Source of the DNA: Bacteroidota bacterium
Lineage (GTDB): Bacteria > Bacteroidota > Bacteroidia > B-17B0 > Aurantibacillaceae
Length of the DNA: 64,000 nt
Direction of reading: 5' to 3'
Assembly (NCBI GenBank): GCA_040758575.1
Contig: JBFLVH010000008.1
Coordinates: 35,624-99,623 of the forward strand
The translations under genes were made by a program, and so were the position numbers. Below are positions 8,387 to 17,550 of this stretch, in pieces. Positions within the stretch are counted from its first letter, which is position 1. Every line of letters starts with the position of its first letter. Below the pieces are notes generated by a model. The model was not told where the DNA came from and ran no database searches. It was given only the letters and a program-made list of their open reading frames with translations.

Positions 8387-8661
8387 AAATTTAATTTTTG
8401 ATGTTATTATTGGCTGTAAAAATAAGTAAAAAGATATTTATTTACAAATAAAAAATCACTTTTTTCCTAAATATTTTTAAATAGTTTTTTAAGTTGCTGT
8501 ATTTCAGTAATTTAAATTTTTAAAATTATTTATAATTTAAAGTATTAAAAATATACCTCCTCCTCTTTTTTGTTCTTTTTAAACCTCATATTCCTATTTC
8601 TAAACTTACCTATCCTTTAATATCATTAATGTTACTATTTAGCTTATAATTAAACCTCAAT

Positions 8662-8738
8662 GACGCAAAGATTTTTATGACAAGAATTGCACGAATTATT
8701 TTTCAATTTTTAGTATTCATTTTTCACATCTTTGCGCC
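8662..8738. repeat. Inverted repeat GACGCAAAGAT ... ATCTTTGCGCC (10 of 11 matched) with 55-nt spacer
   Basis: Arms at 8662-8672 and 8728-8738. A third CGCAAAG copy lies at 8829-8835. Located in the 585-nt non-coding gap. Confidence 0.4.
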
Positions 8739-8860
8739 TTAGCATTAAAAAATTTAATAGTGATGAATAGTAACTTATTAATTAAATTTTTCAATTCCAC
8801 TTAAATACTAATTTTACACTATATTCGCCGCAAAGTATAATAGTAAGTTTTTAGTTTTTA

Positions 8861-8925
8861 ATGCTGACGCTAGCGGTCAGCATGCTGATATTTTGCGTAG
8901 CAAAATCGTCAGCATTTTGATTTTA
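8861..8925 (+). terminator. Two adjacent GC-rich hairpins, the second followed by a T-run, 47 nt upstream of gldF
   Basis: Hairpin A: ATGCTGAC-gctagcg-GTCAGCAT (8861-8883). Hairpin B: ATGCTGA-t-ATTTTGC-gta-GCAAAAT-cg-TCAGCAT (8882-8915), then TTTTGATTTT. The U-tract exists only on the + strand. Confidence 0.5.
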
Positions 8926-8971
8926 GAATTTGAAATGAAAAAAACTAAACACTGAAAAAACTCAACACTAA

Positions 8972-9712
8972 ATGAAAGCATTATTTATCAAAGAAATACG
9001 AAGTTACTTAAATTCTCTGACAGGGTTTTTAGTGATACTTGTATTTTTAATTGTAACTGGTTTATTCTTGTGGATAATACCTAATGAAGCAACGGGCACT
9101 AACATTCTTGAAAATGGTTTTGCATCATTAGAAAGTTTGTTTTCCCTGGCTCCTTGGGTGTTTTTAATTTTAATTCCTGCGATTAGTATGAAATTATTTG
9201 CAGAAGAAAACAAAGCGGGCACATTAGAACTTTTACTCACTAAGCCATTAACCGAAATGCAAATTGTTTTATCTAAATACTTTGCAGGTTTTGTAATCAT
9301 CGTATTTTCACTACTACCAACCTTAATTTATTACTACACTGTTTATCAACTTGGCTTGCCAAAAGGTAATTTAGACACAGGCGGCACCTGGGGTTCATAT
9401 ATTGGGCTTTTCTTTTTAGCATCTGTATTTTTGTCTATTGGATTGTTTACTTCTGTTATCACAGATAATCAAGTGATTGCATTTATTTTTGGACTTATTA
9501 TGTGTTATTTATTTTACAATGGATTTGAATATCTGGCTACTTTCTTTTCTAATGGCTCTGTTGCACTTTTTATTTCTTCATTAGGAATTAACTATCATTA
9601 TTATAGTATGAGTAGAGGTGTTATTGATTCAAGAGATGTGCTCTATTTTTTAACTGTCATAACAATTTTTCTATTGCTCACCAGGTTAATTTTACAAAGT
9701 AGAAAATGGTAA
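8972..9712 (+). CDS. gldF: Gliding-motility ABC transporter permease GldF
   Basis: 246-aa ABC-2 type multi-TM protein. N-terminus MKALFIKEIRSYLNSLTGFLVILVFL is GldF-like. Overlaps gldG by 7 nt. Confidence 0.8.
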   Translation: MKALFIKEIRSYLNSLTGFLVILVFLIVTGLFLWIIPNEATGTNILENGFASLESLFSLAPWVFLILIPAISMKLFAEENKAGTLELLLTKPLTEMQIVLSKYFAGFVIIVFSLLPTLIYYYTVYQLGLPKGNLDTGGTWGSYIGLFFLASVFLSIGLFTSVITDNQVIAFIFGLIMCYLFYNGFEYLATFFSNGSVALFISSLGINYHYYSMSRGVIDSRDVLYFLTVITIFLLLTRLILQSRKW

Positions 9713-11409
9713 ATCAAATGCAAAACATTAAATATTCATCAAAGAAAAAAGATATAGGAAATTTTATCGCTTCCGTTATTGCCTTATTAATTATTAATTT
9801 TATTTTGAGTTTTTATTTTTTTAGATGGGACTTGACTGCTGAAAAAAGATATACTCTTTCTCCTTTCACAAAAGAATTTTTGAAAAATATTGATGATATT
9901 GTTTATTTTAAAATTTATTTAAGTGGCGACTTACCACCTGAATTTAATAAATTAAAAAAAGAAGTAAAAGAAATGCTGGATGAAATGCGAATCATTAACG
10001 ATAACATTCAGTATGAATTTGTTGATATTAATAGCGTTGGAAATAAAGAAGATATTAGAAATCTTGAAAAACAATTGTATGATAAAGGCATTGTGCCCGA
10101 ACAGGTAATAGAAAAAAAACAAAATAAAACATCAGAAAGTTTAGTTTGGCCTGGCGCACTTGTGTCTTACAAAGGAAAAGAAACTGTATGGCAAATTTTT
10201 TCAAGACAACTTGGTTATACTCCACAAGAAAACATTAATCACGCACTAAACGAAATTGAATATGGCATATGCAAAAGTATTCACAAACTCAAAAGAAAAA
10301 AGCGTCCTGAAATATCCATAGTTGAAGGGCACAAAGAATTAGACACTCTTCGTTTATATGACCTTATTCGTACTTTGTCAGAAGAATACAATATATCAAG
10401 AATCAATATCAATCATAAATTATATGCACTAAAGAATTTAGACGCTATCATTATTGCAAAACCTGATACACTCATTGATGAAAAAGATAAATTCATCATT
10501 GACCAATTTATAATGAAAGGTGGTAAAGTGCTATGGATGTTAGACCCTGTAAAAATTAATATGGATTCCTTTCGCCTGAAGGGATATTCTCTAGCGCTGA
10601 ACAATGAAACCAATTTAGAAGATATGCTATTTAGATATGGAGTACGACTAAACCCCGATTTAATCCAGGATTTACAATGTGCTGCAATACCTGTAAATAT
10701 TGGCTTTTCCAAAGGACAACCCAATTTTAAATTATTCCCCTGGATATTCTATCCTTTGATTATGCCTACTTCCAATCATCCTATTGTCAAAAATATGGAT
10801 TTGATTAAAACCGAATTCGTTAGCACCATAGATACATTAAGCACATCAGGTATTAAAAAAACCATATTGCTTACATCTTCTAAAAACTCAAGAGTAGCCC
10901 CAGTGCCATTCAGGGTATCGCTGGCTATCACGCAGTTCAAATTAAAAGAAAGTGCATTCAATCAAGGACCTAAACCAATTGCAGTTTTGTTAGAAGGAAC
11001 ATTTAAATCTTTATACGCCAACCGAATACCAACTATAATTATGGAAGACAGCACCATTCAGTTCAAAGAAGTTAGCGTTCCTAACAAAATGATTGTTATT
11101 TCAGATGGAGATATTGCCAAAAACGACATCAACAGAAGCACTGGTGTAATATATCCATTAGGTTACGACAAATATACTAATCAAACTTTTGCTAACAAAC
11201 AATTTATAGTTAATTGCATCAATTATCTATTAGATGAAACAGGACTGATGCAACTTCGTTCCCGTGAAGTAAAATTAAGATTATTAGACCAAAAGAAAAT
11301 AGCACTTCAAAAAACTAAATGGCAAATTTACAATGTGCTCTTACCACCTGTGATAATTAGTATTCTGGTTATTTTACAATATTATTGGAGAAAAAGAAAA
11401 TATACTTGA
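9706..11409 (+). CDS. gldG: Gliding-motility ABC transporter accessory protein GldG
   Basis: 567 aa with N- and C-terminal TM helices and the RWDLTAEKRYTLSP motif typical of GldG. Coupled to gldF. Confidence 0.8.
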   Translation: MVNQMQNIKYSSKKKDIGNFIASVIALLIINFILSFYFFRWDLTAEKRYTLSPFTKEFLKNIDDIVYFKIYLSGDLPPEFNKLKKEVKEMLDEMRIINDNIQYEFVDINSVGNKEDIRNLEKQLYDKGIVPEQVIEKKQNKTSESLVWPGALVSYKGKETVWQIFSRQLGYTPQENINHALNEIEYGICKSIHKLKRKKRPEISIVEGHKELDTLRLYDLIRTLSEEYNISRININHKLYALKNLDAIIIAKPDTLIDEKDKFIIDQFIMKGGKVLWMLDPVKINMDSFRLKGYSLALNNETNLEDMLFRYGVRLNPDLIQDLQCAAIPVNIGFSKGQPNFKLFPWIFYPLIMPTSNHPIVKNMDLIKTEFVSTIDTLSTSGIKKTILLTSSKNSRVAPVPFRVSLAITQFKLKESAFNQGPKPIAVLLEGTFKSLYANRIPTIIMEDSTIQFKEVSVPNKMIVISDGDIAKNDINRSTGVIYPLGYDKYTNQTFANKQFIVNCINYLLDETGLMQLRSREVKLRLLDQKKIALQKTKWQIYNVLLPPVIISILVILQYYWRKRKYT

Positions 11410-11434
11410 TATGGAATAAAATCAAGGAAAACCT

Positions 11435-11449
11435 TCCGCCAGAGGCGGA
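11435..11449 (+). terminator. Short GC hairpin after gldG (weak terminator candidate)
   Basis: TCCGCC-aga-GGCGGA. No clear U-tract. Confidence 0.25.
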
Positions 11450-11480
11450 TGAGTATTCAGACAATAGAAACCACATCTAA

Positions 11481-12266
11481 ATGCAATACAAATATCTAAT
11501 ACATCCTCTTAAAGAAATTATTTATCAGGCAGGACAAAGAATTCTGGAAGCATCTAAAAATTTTGATAAATCAAAAATCATTCATAAGAACACTTATGAT
11601 TTAGTGAGTTATGTTGATATTGAAACTGAAAGATTTTTAATTGAAGAATTATCTAAATTATTTCCTGATGCTGGATTTATTGCAGAAGAATCACATTTAC
11701 AATCCAACAAAGATTGGAATTGGATTATAGACCCATTAGATGGAACAACTAATTTTACAAGGCAATTACCATCTTATGCCATTAGCGTAGCATTAGCCCA
11801 CAAAACCGAAATTCTAATAGGAGTGGTTTACAATATTCCTCTGAATGAAATGTTCTGGGCGGTCAAAAACAATGGAGCTTTTCTGAATGATAAGACAATA
11901 AAGGTATCCAATAATGATTTTTCAAATTCTTTATTCGTTACTGGTTTTTCTGTTTCAAGATTTGATAAAGTAGAGATACATTTAAATGTAGTTAAACAAA
12001 TTATTACGCAAACATTAGGGATTAGAAGATTGGGGGCAGCCGCAGTAGATTTGTGTTATGTAGCATGTGGAAGATTAGACGGCTTTTTTGAATGGTATTT
12101 AAATCCATGGGATGTTGCAGCAGGTAGTTTAATTGCTATTGAAGCTGGTGCTCTTGTCAGTGATTTTTCTGGTCAAAACAATTATTTATTTGGAAAAGAA
12201 ATTGTATCTGCCCAACCCAAAGTTTATCAACAACTACTTCAAATGATTCAAAATTCAACAATATGA
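11481..12266 (+). CDS. Inositol monophosphatase family protein (SuhB-like)
   Basis: Motifs WIIDPLDGTTNF and WDVAAG. 261 aa. Confidence 0.8.
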   Translation: MQYKYLIHPLKEIIYQAGQRILEASKNFDKSKIIHKNTYDLVSYVDIETERFLIEELSKLFPDAGFIAEESHLQSNKDWNWIIDPLDGTTNFTRQLPSYAISVALAHKTEILIGVVYNIPLNEMFWAVKNNGAFLNDKTIKVSNNDFSNSLFVTGFSVSRFDKVEIHLNVVKQIITQTLGIRRLGAAAVDLCYVACGRLDGFFEWYLNPWDVAAGSLIAIEAGALVSDFSGQNNYLFGKEIVSAQPKVYQQLLQMIQNSTI

Positions 12267-13495
12267 ACTTCAAACCCAAAATAATTAACGACCCTGTTTA
12301 TGGTTTTGTGAGTATAAATCATCCAATCATTTTAGAAATCATCAATCATCCGTATTTTCAGAGATTGAGAAGAATTAAACAGTTGGGGCTAACTAATCTT
12401 GTTTATCCTGGTGCATTACATACCCGATTTCATCACGCAATAGGCGCCATGCATTTAATGCAACAGGCCATTCAAACACTTAAAACAAAAGGTATTCGCA
12501 TCAATGATAAAGAAGAACAAGCATCTTTAATAGCCATATTACTTCACGACATTGGACACGGACCATTTTCACATGCCCTTGAAAATACTATTGTTTCAAA
12601 TGTTTCGCACGAAGATATTTCTTCAATACTAATGCACGATTTGAATAAACAAATGAATGGCAAGTTATCTCTGGCAATAAAAATTTTTGAAGACACTTAT
12701 GAAAGAAAATTTTTTCATCAATTAGTAAGCAGTCAGTTGGATACAGATAGATTGGATTATTTATTGAGAGATAGCTTCTTTACAGGTGTAAGTGAAGGTG
12801 TTATTGGAACAGATAGAATTATTAAAATGCTTACAGTTGTCAATGATAAATTAGTAGTAGAACAAAAAGGCATTTATAGTATTGAAAAATTTTTGATTGC
12901 AAGAAGATTAATGTATTGGCAGGTATATTTGCACAAAACAGTATTATCTGCAGAAAACATGCTGGTTAAAATTCTTACACGAGCAAAAGAGTTGGTAAGA
13001 AAATATAATTACGATTTGTTTGCTACACCTGCATTAAAATTTTTTCTACAAAATAATATTGAAAAAGATAGATTTTACAAAGATAAGATGGTCATTGAAA
13101 ATTTTATCAATTTAGATGATAATGATATTATTGCATCTATCAAAGTGTGGACAAAGTGTGATGATTTTATTTTATCTGAATTGAGCAAAAAATTTATCTA
13201 CAGACAATTATTTAAAACAATATTACAAAAAGACGAAATACCACAAAAAGTGATAACATCAATAGAAAAAAGAGTATTAAAGAAATACCATCATATTTCA
13301 ACACAAGAAATAAATTATTTTGTAATCAATGGTAGTGTGAATAATTCTGCTTATGTAAAAAACAAATTTAAAATTGAAATATTTGATGGTAAAAAATTAA
13401 TTGACATAGCCCGTGCAAGTGATAATTTAAATATAGAAGCATTAAGTGGCGAAGTGAAAAAATATTTTTTAAGTTATGATAGAAATATTGAATGA
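12263..13495 (+). CDS. HD-domain phosphohydrolase (COG1078 / SAMHD1-like family)
   Basis: RFHHAIGAMHL, LLHDIGHGPFSH and DTDRLDYLLRDS. ATGA overlap with the upstream gene. Confidence 0.8.
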   Translation: MNFKPKIINDPVYGFVSINHPIILEIINHPYFQRLRRIKQLGLTNLVYPGALHTRFHHAIGAMHLMQQAIQTLKTKGIRINDKEEQASLIAILLHDIGHGPFSHALENTIVSNVSHEDISSILMHDLNKQMNGKLSLAIKIFEDTYERKFFHQLVSSQLDTDRLDYLLRDSFFTGVSEGVIGTDRIIKMLTVVNDKLVVEQKGIYSIEKFLIARRLMYWQVYLHKTVLSAENMLVKILTRAKELVRKYNYDLFATPALKFFLQNNIEKDRFYKDKMVIENFINLDDNDIIASIKVWTKCDDFILSELSKKFIYRQLFKTILQKDEIPQKVITSIEKRVLKKYHHISTQEINYFVINGSVNNSAYVKNKFKIEIFDGKKLIDIARASDNLNIEALSGEVKKYFLSYDRNIE

Positions 13496-13551
13496 TAATA
13501 ATAATTCTACATTCTTCTATGTTCATTAAAATTAACCTTCTCACCTTCTAA

Positions 13552-14559
13552 ATGAAAAAAGTAAATTGCTTAATTGTAGGTAGTGGACTTGCAGGTGTAA
13601 CAATAGCTTGGAAACTATATCAAAAAAATATTTCTTTTCACATCATCAGTAACCCACATTTATCCACTTCATCTATCATTGCACCTGGTATTATCAATCC
13701 CATTGTTTTCAAAAGAATGATCCCTTCATGGAACATCACAGAACTTTTAAGTATATCACAATCATTTTACAAAAATATTGAACAAACACTCCAACAAAAA
13801 ATATTTGAAAATATTCAAATAGCCCATTGTTTGCATTCAGATGATGATGAAAAATTGTGGAAAGAAAAACAATTTTTTTATCCTCAATTTTTAGGTGAAA
13901 TAACAACATTAAATGATTTGCCAATTAAAAATATCAAACAAAATTTCAAATGTGGTATGGTGCTGAATGCAGCAAGATTAAAAGTTTCAGAATACATTTA
14001 TTATTCACTAAATTACTTCAAAAACATTAATGCCTATTCTGAAGAAAAATTTTATCATGAAAATTTATTAATCAATGAAAAAATATTAGAGTATAATCAA
14101 ATCATTGCTGAAAAAATTATTTTTTGTGAAGGTTATCACTTGCAAAGCAATCCTTTTTTTCAACACATTTCACTTAAACCTGCAAAAGGTGAGTTAGTTG
14201 AAATTTCTACACCACATCCAATAATGCCTGAAAACATTGTGCTTCATTATCATCTCAACATCATACCTAATAATACAAACAAATACTTAATTGGCTCAAA
14301 TTATGAATGGCAAAACATTGATGAACAAGCAACACAAAACATAAAGGAAAAATTTCTATCTGTTTTTGATAGTTTATTTGATGTTTCTTATGAAGTTATT
14401 GGACATTATGCAGGCATTCGTCCTGCTTCATTAGACAGAAGACCTATTATACAACAGCATCCCAAATTTTCAAATTTATTTACTATCAATGGCTTTGGCA
14501 CAAAAGGCGTTATGCTTGCTCCGTATGCCGCAGAAGAATTGTTGAAGTTATTGATCTAA
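13552..14559 (+). CDS. FAD-dependent oxidoreductase (DAO family)
   Basis: N-terminal dinucleotide-binding motif CLIVGSGLAGVT; C-terminal GFGTKGVMLAP. 335 aa. Confidence 0.7.
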   Translation: MKKVNCLIVGSGLAGVTIAWKLYQKNISFHIISNPHLSTSSIIAPGIINPIVFKRMIPSWNITELLSISQSFYKNIEQTLQQKIFENIQIAHCLHSDDDEKLWKEKQFFYPQFLGEITTLNDLPIKNIKQNFKCGMVLNAARLKVSEYIYYSLNYFKNINAYSEEKFYHENLLINEKILEYNQIIAEKIIFCEGYHLQSNPFFQHISLKPAKGELVEISTPHPIMPENIVLHYHLNIIPNNTNKYLIGSNYEWQNIDEQATQNIKEKFLSVFDSLFDVSYEVIGHYAGIRPASLDRRPIIQQHPKFSNLFTINGFGTKGVMLAPYAAEELLKLLI

Positions 14560-14560
14560 C

Positions 14561-15160
14561 TCACTTCTCTTGAATGATTGGCACTATAATTCTCGTTCTC
14601 CAACGATTGGTATCTTCACCTACAACATACACTTCTCTTGCAGGACCAATTTGTTTATATCTGTTTTCTTTTAATATCTCTTTTATTTTATCATAACTTT
14701 GATGAATGCGATTAAATGAACCATAATGGTCATAAAGCAATGCCAATGTTTTTTCTAAAATAACAGGTTTAGCATATTTGGGATTTCTTTTAGGTTTAGA
14801 TTTTAAGAACATAAATGTTTCAAACACAATTTTTTCAGGTGATGAATGATAAAAAATACATCCTGGCTGGTCTGCTACGCTTGCTTCTGTGTATTCAGCA
14901 TCTTTCAAAATTTTCTCATAATTCCTCTGCATTACAAAAGACGCCTTGTCTGGTGTTGTAGAATCTAAAATACAAAACACAGGTTGCTCTTCTATCATCA
15001 TTATTCCCTTAAAACAAGTATCTGATGATTTTAATTGAGCAGAAATATTTTTATCATTTGAGTTTTTTATGATTTCTTTCTCTTCTTTTGAAGTATTGCA
15101 AGACAGTAGCATTAGCAAAATGGCGCTATAAATAAAATTGATTAAAAATAATTTTTTCAT
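14561..15160 (-). CDS. Lipoprotein, possibly with a GyrI-like effector-binding fold
   Basis: Lipobox LLSC after MKKLFLINFIYSAILLM. The C-terminal GPAREVYV...WRTRIIVPI resembles GyrI-like domains. Weak call. Confidence 0.35.
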   Translation of the reverse strand: MKKLFLINFIYSAILLMLLSCNTSKEEKEIIKNSNDKNISAQLKSSDTCFKGIMMIEEQPVFCILDSTTPDKASFVMQRNYEKILKDAEYTEASVADQPGCIFYHSSPEKIVFETFMFLKSKPKRNPKYAKPVILEKTLALLYDHYGSFNRIHQSYDKIKEILKENRYKQIGPAREVYVVGEDTNRWRTRIIVPIIQEK

Positions 15161-15174
15161 AAATAAAATTTATA

Positions 15175-16260
15175 CTACAATCTTCTGAACAAACCTTCTA
15201 TAAACTCTATTGTAGCAATGTTTTTGTAATCATCACCAAAAGCATGATGCCACATAAATGGTAAATTATAGGATACTTGTGCCATTGCCTTTATAGTTTC
15301 ATCATCCCAATTTTTACTTAAATTCTGTGGTAATTCAATTTGATTTCTTTTCAACATTTGTTTAAAATCCTTTACACCATCAGGATAAATATCTTCAAGA
15401 TGTTGAAATATCACACAATTAGCATAGCAGTGCCTATATCCTAAAATTTTTGACAAGCCATAACTTAATGCATGACAAACCCCCACTTCACTATAAGTTA
15501 AACTCAATGCCCCCATTAAAGATGCAACCATTAACTTATCATCATTTTCTGGTGTTTGCCCTGCTTTTTCAGATAAATATATTTCCTTGCATAATTTAAT
15601 GGCTTCTTCTGCATAAGCAGAACTAAATGCGTTCTTTTTAATACCGTTCTCACTTTCTATGCAATGAATGTAAGTATCCATTCCCGTATAAAACCATTTA
15701 TCTTTTGGAACAGTTGCAATCAATTCAGGATCTAAAATTACTTGATTAAATACTGTGTAATCACTCTTCAAACCCAATTTTTTTTCAGGACCTGTTAGTA
15801 CTGCTGTCATACTTACTTCTGCTCCTGTGCCAGAAATAGTAGGCACTCCAAGATGATACACTCCCGGATGTTTGACAAGATTCAATCCTTGATACTGCGT
15901 TGAACTACCCGGATTTGTAAGCATTAAAGATACTGCTTTGGCAATATCCATAATACTTCCACCACCAATCCCTATAACCCCAGAAGGCAATCCTTTTTTG
16001 TTTAATATATCATCTCGCAAATTATCTACTTGTTCTGTTGTGGGCTCGTGTGGATCTACATCAATAAAATATACTAAATCTTCCGATTCATTTTGCAATC
16101 TTTTTTCTAATGCCTTTCCCTTAAAATAATTGTCTACAATAAAAACAAAATATTGATTATTCTCTTTTCTAATAGGAGCAATAATTTCAGAGAGTTGATT
16201 AAATGTCCCCCTGCCATACACAATTCTGTCAATGTTTTTGAAATTTTTATGCATAACCAA
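15175..16260 (-). CDS. Iron-containing alcohol dehydrogenase family protein
   Basis: GIGGGSIMDIAKAV nucleotide-binding motif and conserved His residues (HCIE, CHALSY). 361 aa. Adjacent to the aminotransferase. Confidence 0.75.
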   Translation of the reverse strand: MVMHKNFKNIDRIVYGRGTFNQLSEIIAPIRKENNQYFVFIVDNYFKGKALEKRLQNESEDLVYFIDVDPHEPTTEQVDNLRDDILNKKGLPSGVIGIGGGSIMDIAKAVSLMLTNPGSSTQYQGLNLVKHPGVYHLGVPTISGTGAEVSMTAVLTGPEKKLGLKSDYTVFNQVILDPELIATVPKDKWFYTGMDTYIHCIESENGIKKNAFSSAYAEEAIKLCKEIYLSEKAGQTPENDDKLMVASLMGALSLTYSEVGVCHALSYGLSKILGYRHCYANCVIFQHLEDIYPDGVKDFKQMLKRNQIELPQNLSKNWDDETIKAMAQVSYNLPFMWHHAFGDDYKNIATIEFIEGLFRRL

Positions 16261-16268
16261 ATTGTTTA

Positions 16269-17522
16269 TTATACATACATTTTTTTACTCAATGCTATTT
16301 TAGCACATTCAATAATGTTATTGGCTAAATTGTTCATTTCTTCTTCTGTCCAGCTTACACGAATACCAAATGAAATTAAACGGCCAATTACTTCCTGTGT
16401 TTTAGGTAAATGCAGGTTTCTGTAATCCTGTGATTTGTGTTGATAATGAATAGGCATTTTGTTAGGAAATTTGAGTTCTTTAATATGATCCCATTGATTG
16501 ATAAAATGATACATATTAGTGTACCAATAATTAAAGCCGCCTATTCCTTTTTTATTTAATTCCTCTACAAATGCTTTTGCAGTAGTAGTATCAGGCATCA
16601 TTAAGTTCATAAATGTTGCGGAATCTCCGTTTTCATCGGGCAATCGGCTGAATGTAATCTCATTTACAGCAGATTTTATTTTATCTTGCAAATACTTTTT
16701 ATTCTTTTGATTGATTTGTTTTACTTCTGGCACTCTGCGAGTTTGTGCTAATCCAACAGCAGCATGCAATTCGCTAATTCTAAAATTAAACCCAATAATA
16801 GGATGCTGCTCCATTCCTCTGTTATTACCTTCATGATTATGCCCATGGTCGCAAAAATATTCAGCCATTTTATATGTATGCTCGTCATTAGTAACTAAAA
16901 CGCCGCCTTCGCCAGCCGTTGCAATTTTGAAAAAATCAAAAGAATAACTACCTGCTTTACCAAATAATCCCGTATAAGTTCCTTTGTAAGAAGCCGCAAA
17001 CGCCTGCCCTGCATCTTCTACTAATATTAAATTATGCTTTTTAACCACTTCTAAAATACCTGACATATCAGCCATCCCCCCACACATATGAACTAAACAT
17101 ACTGCTCTTGTTTTTGGTGTAATGGCTTTTTCAATACCTTCTGCACTCAAACATAAAGTTTCATCAATTTCAGCAAATACAGGAATAGCACCTGCTAACA
17201 TCACCGCTTCAATAGTAGCAACAAATGTAAAAGGCGGCACAATTACTTCATCTCCATAACCAATACCCGATGATACCAATGCAGCAAAAATAGCCGCAGA
17301 TCCGCTACTTACAGCCAATGCGTACTTTGAACCAGTTATTTTTTTTACTTCTTCTTCAAACTCTTTTGCTTTCCAGATATTATTTCTTTGCGCTTCATGA
17401 TTGTAACGAAACAAAATACCCGTGTTCATTACATCCATTAGTTCTTTTAATTCTTCTTTTCCAAATTTTTCTGTGCCTGGCATAGTTGTAAATTTTTTGC
17501 AAATATCATTGTAATTTCTCAA
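16269..17522 (-). CDS. DegT/DnrJ/EryC1/StrS-family PLP-dependent sugar aminotransferase
   Basis: SSGSAAIFAAL and the PLP-lysine context SFDFFKIATAGEGGVLV. 417 aa. Confidence 0.85.
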   Translation of the reverse strand: MRNYNDICKKFTTMPGTEKFGKEELKELMDVMNTGILFRYNHEAQRNNIWKAKEFEEEVKKITGSKYALAVSSGSAAIFAALVSSGIGYGDEVIVPPFTFVATIEAVMLAGAIPVFAEIDETLCLSAEGIEKAITPKTRAVCLVHMCGGMADMSGILEVVKKHNLILVEDAGQAFAASYKGTYTGLFGKAGSYSFDFFKIATAGEGGVLVTNDEHTYKMAEYFCDHGHNHEGNNRGMEQHPIIGFNFRISELHAAVGLAQTRRVPEVKQINQKNKKYLQDKIKSAVNEITFSRLPDENGDSATFMNLMMPDTTTAKAFVEELNKKGIGGFNYWYTNMYHFINQWDHIKELKFPNKMPIHYQHKSQDYRNLHLPKTQEVIGRLISFGIRVSWTEEEMNNLANNIIECAKIALSKKMYV

Positions 17523-17550
17523 TAAAACAAAACATCAAATGCAATCAAAA

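Noticed and set aside
8677-8742. 21-aa plus-strand ORF MTRIARIIFQFLVFIFHIFAP, and other tiny ORFs (for example MLTILLRKISAC on the minus strand at 8880-8915), considered as extra RiPP precursors
   Set aside because: They lie within or are generated by the palindromic elements. They have no convincing Cys/Ser/Thr core or leader similarity to the 79-aa peptide and no promoter box. Most likely translation artefacts of repeats.
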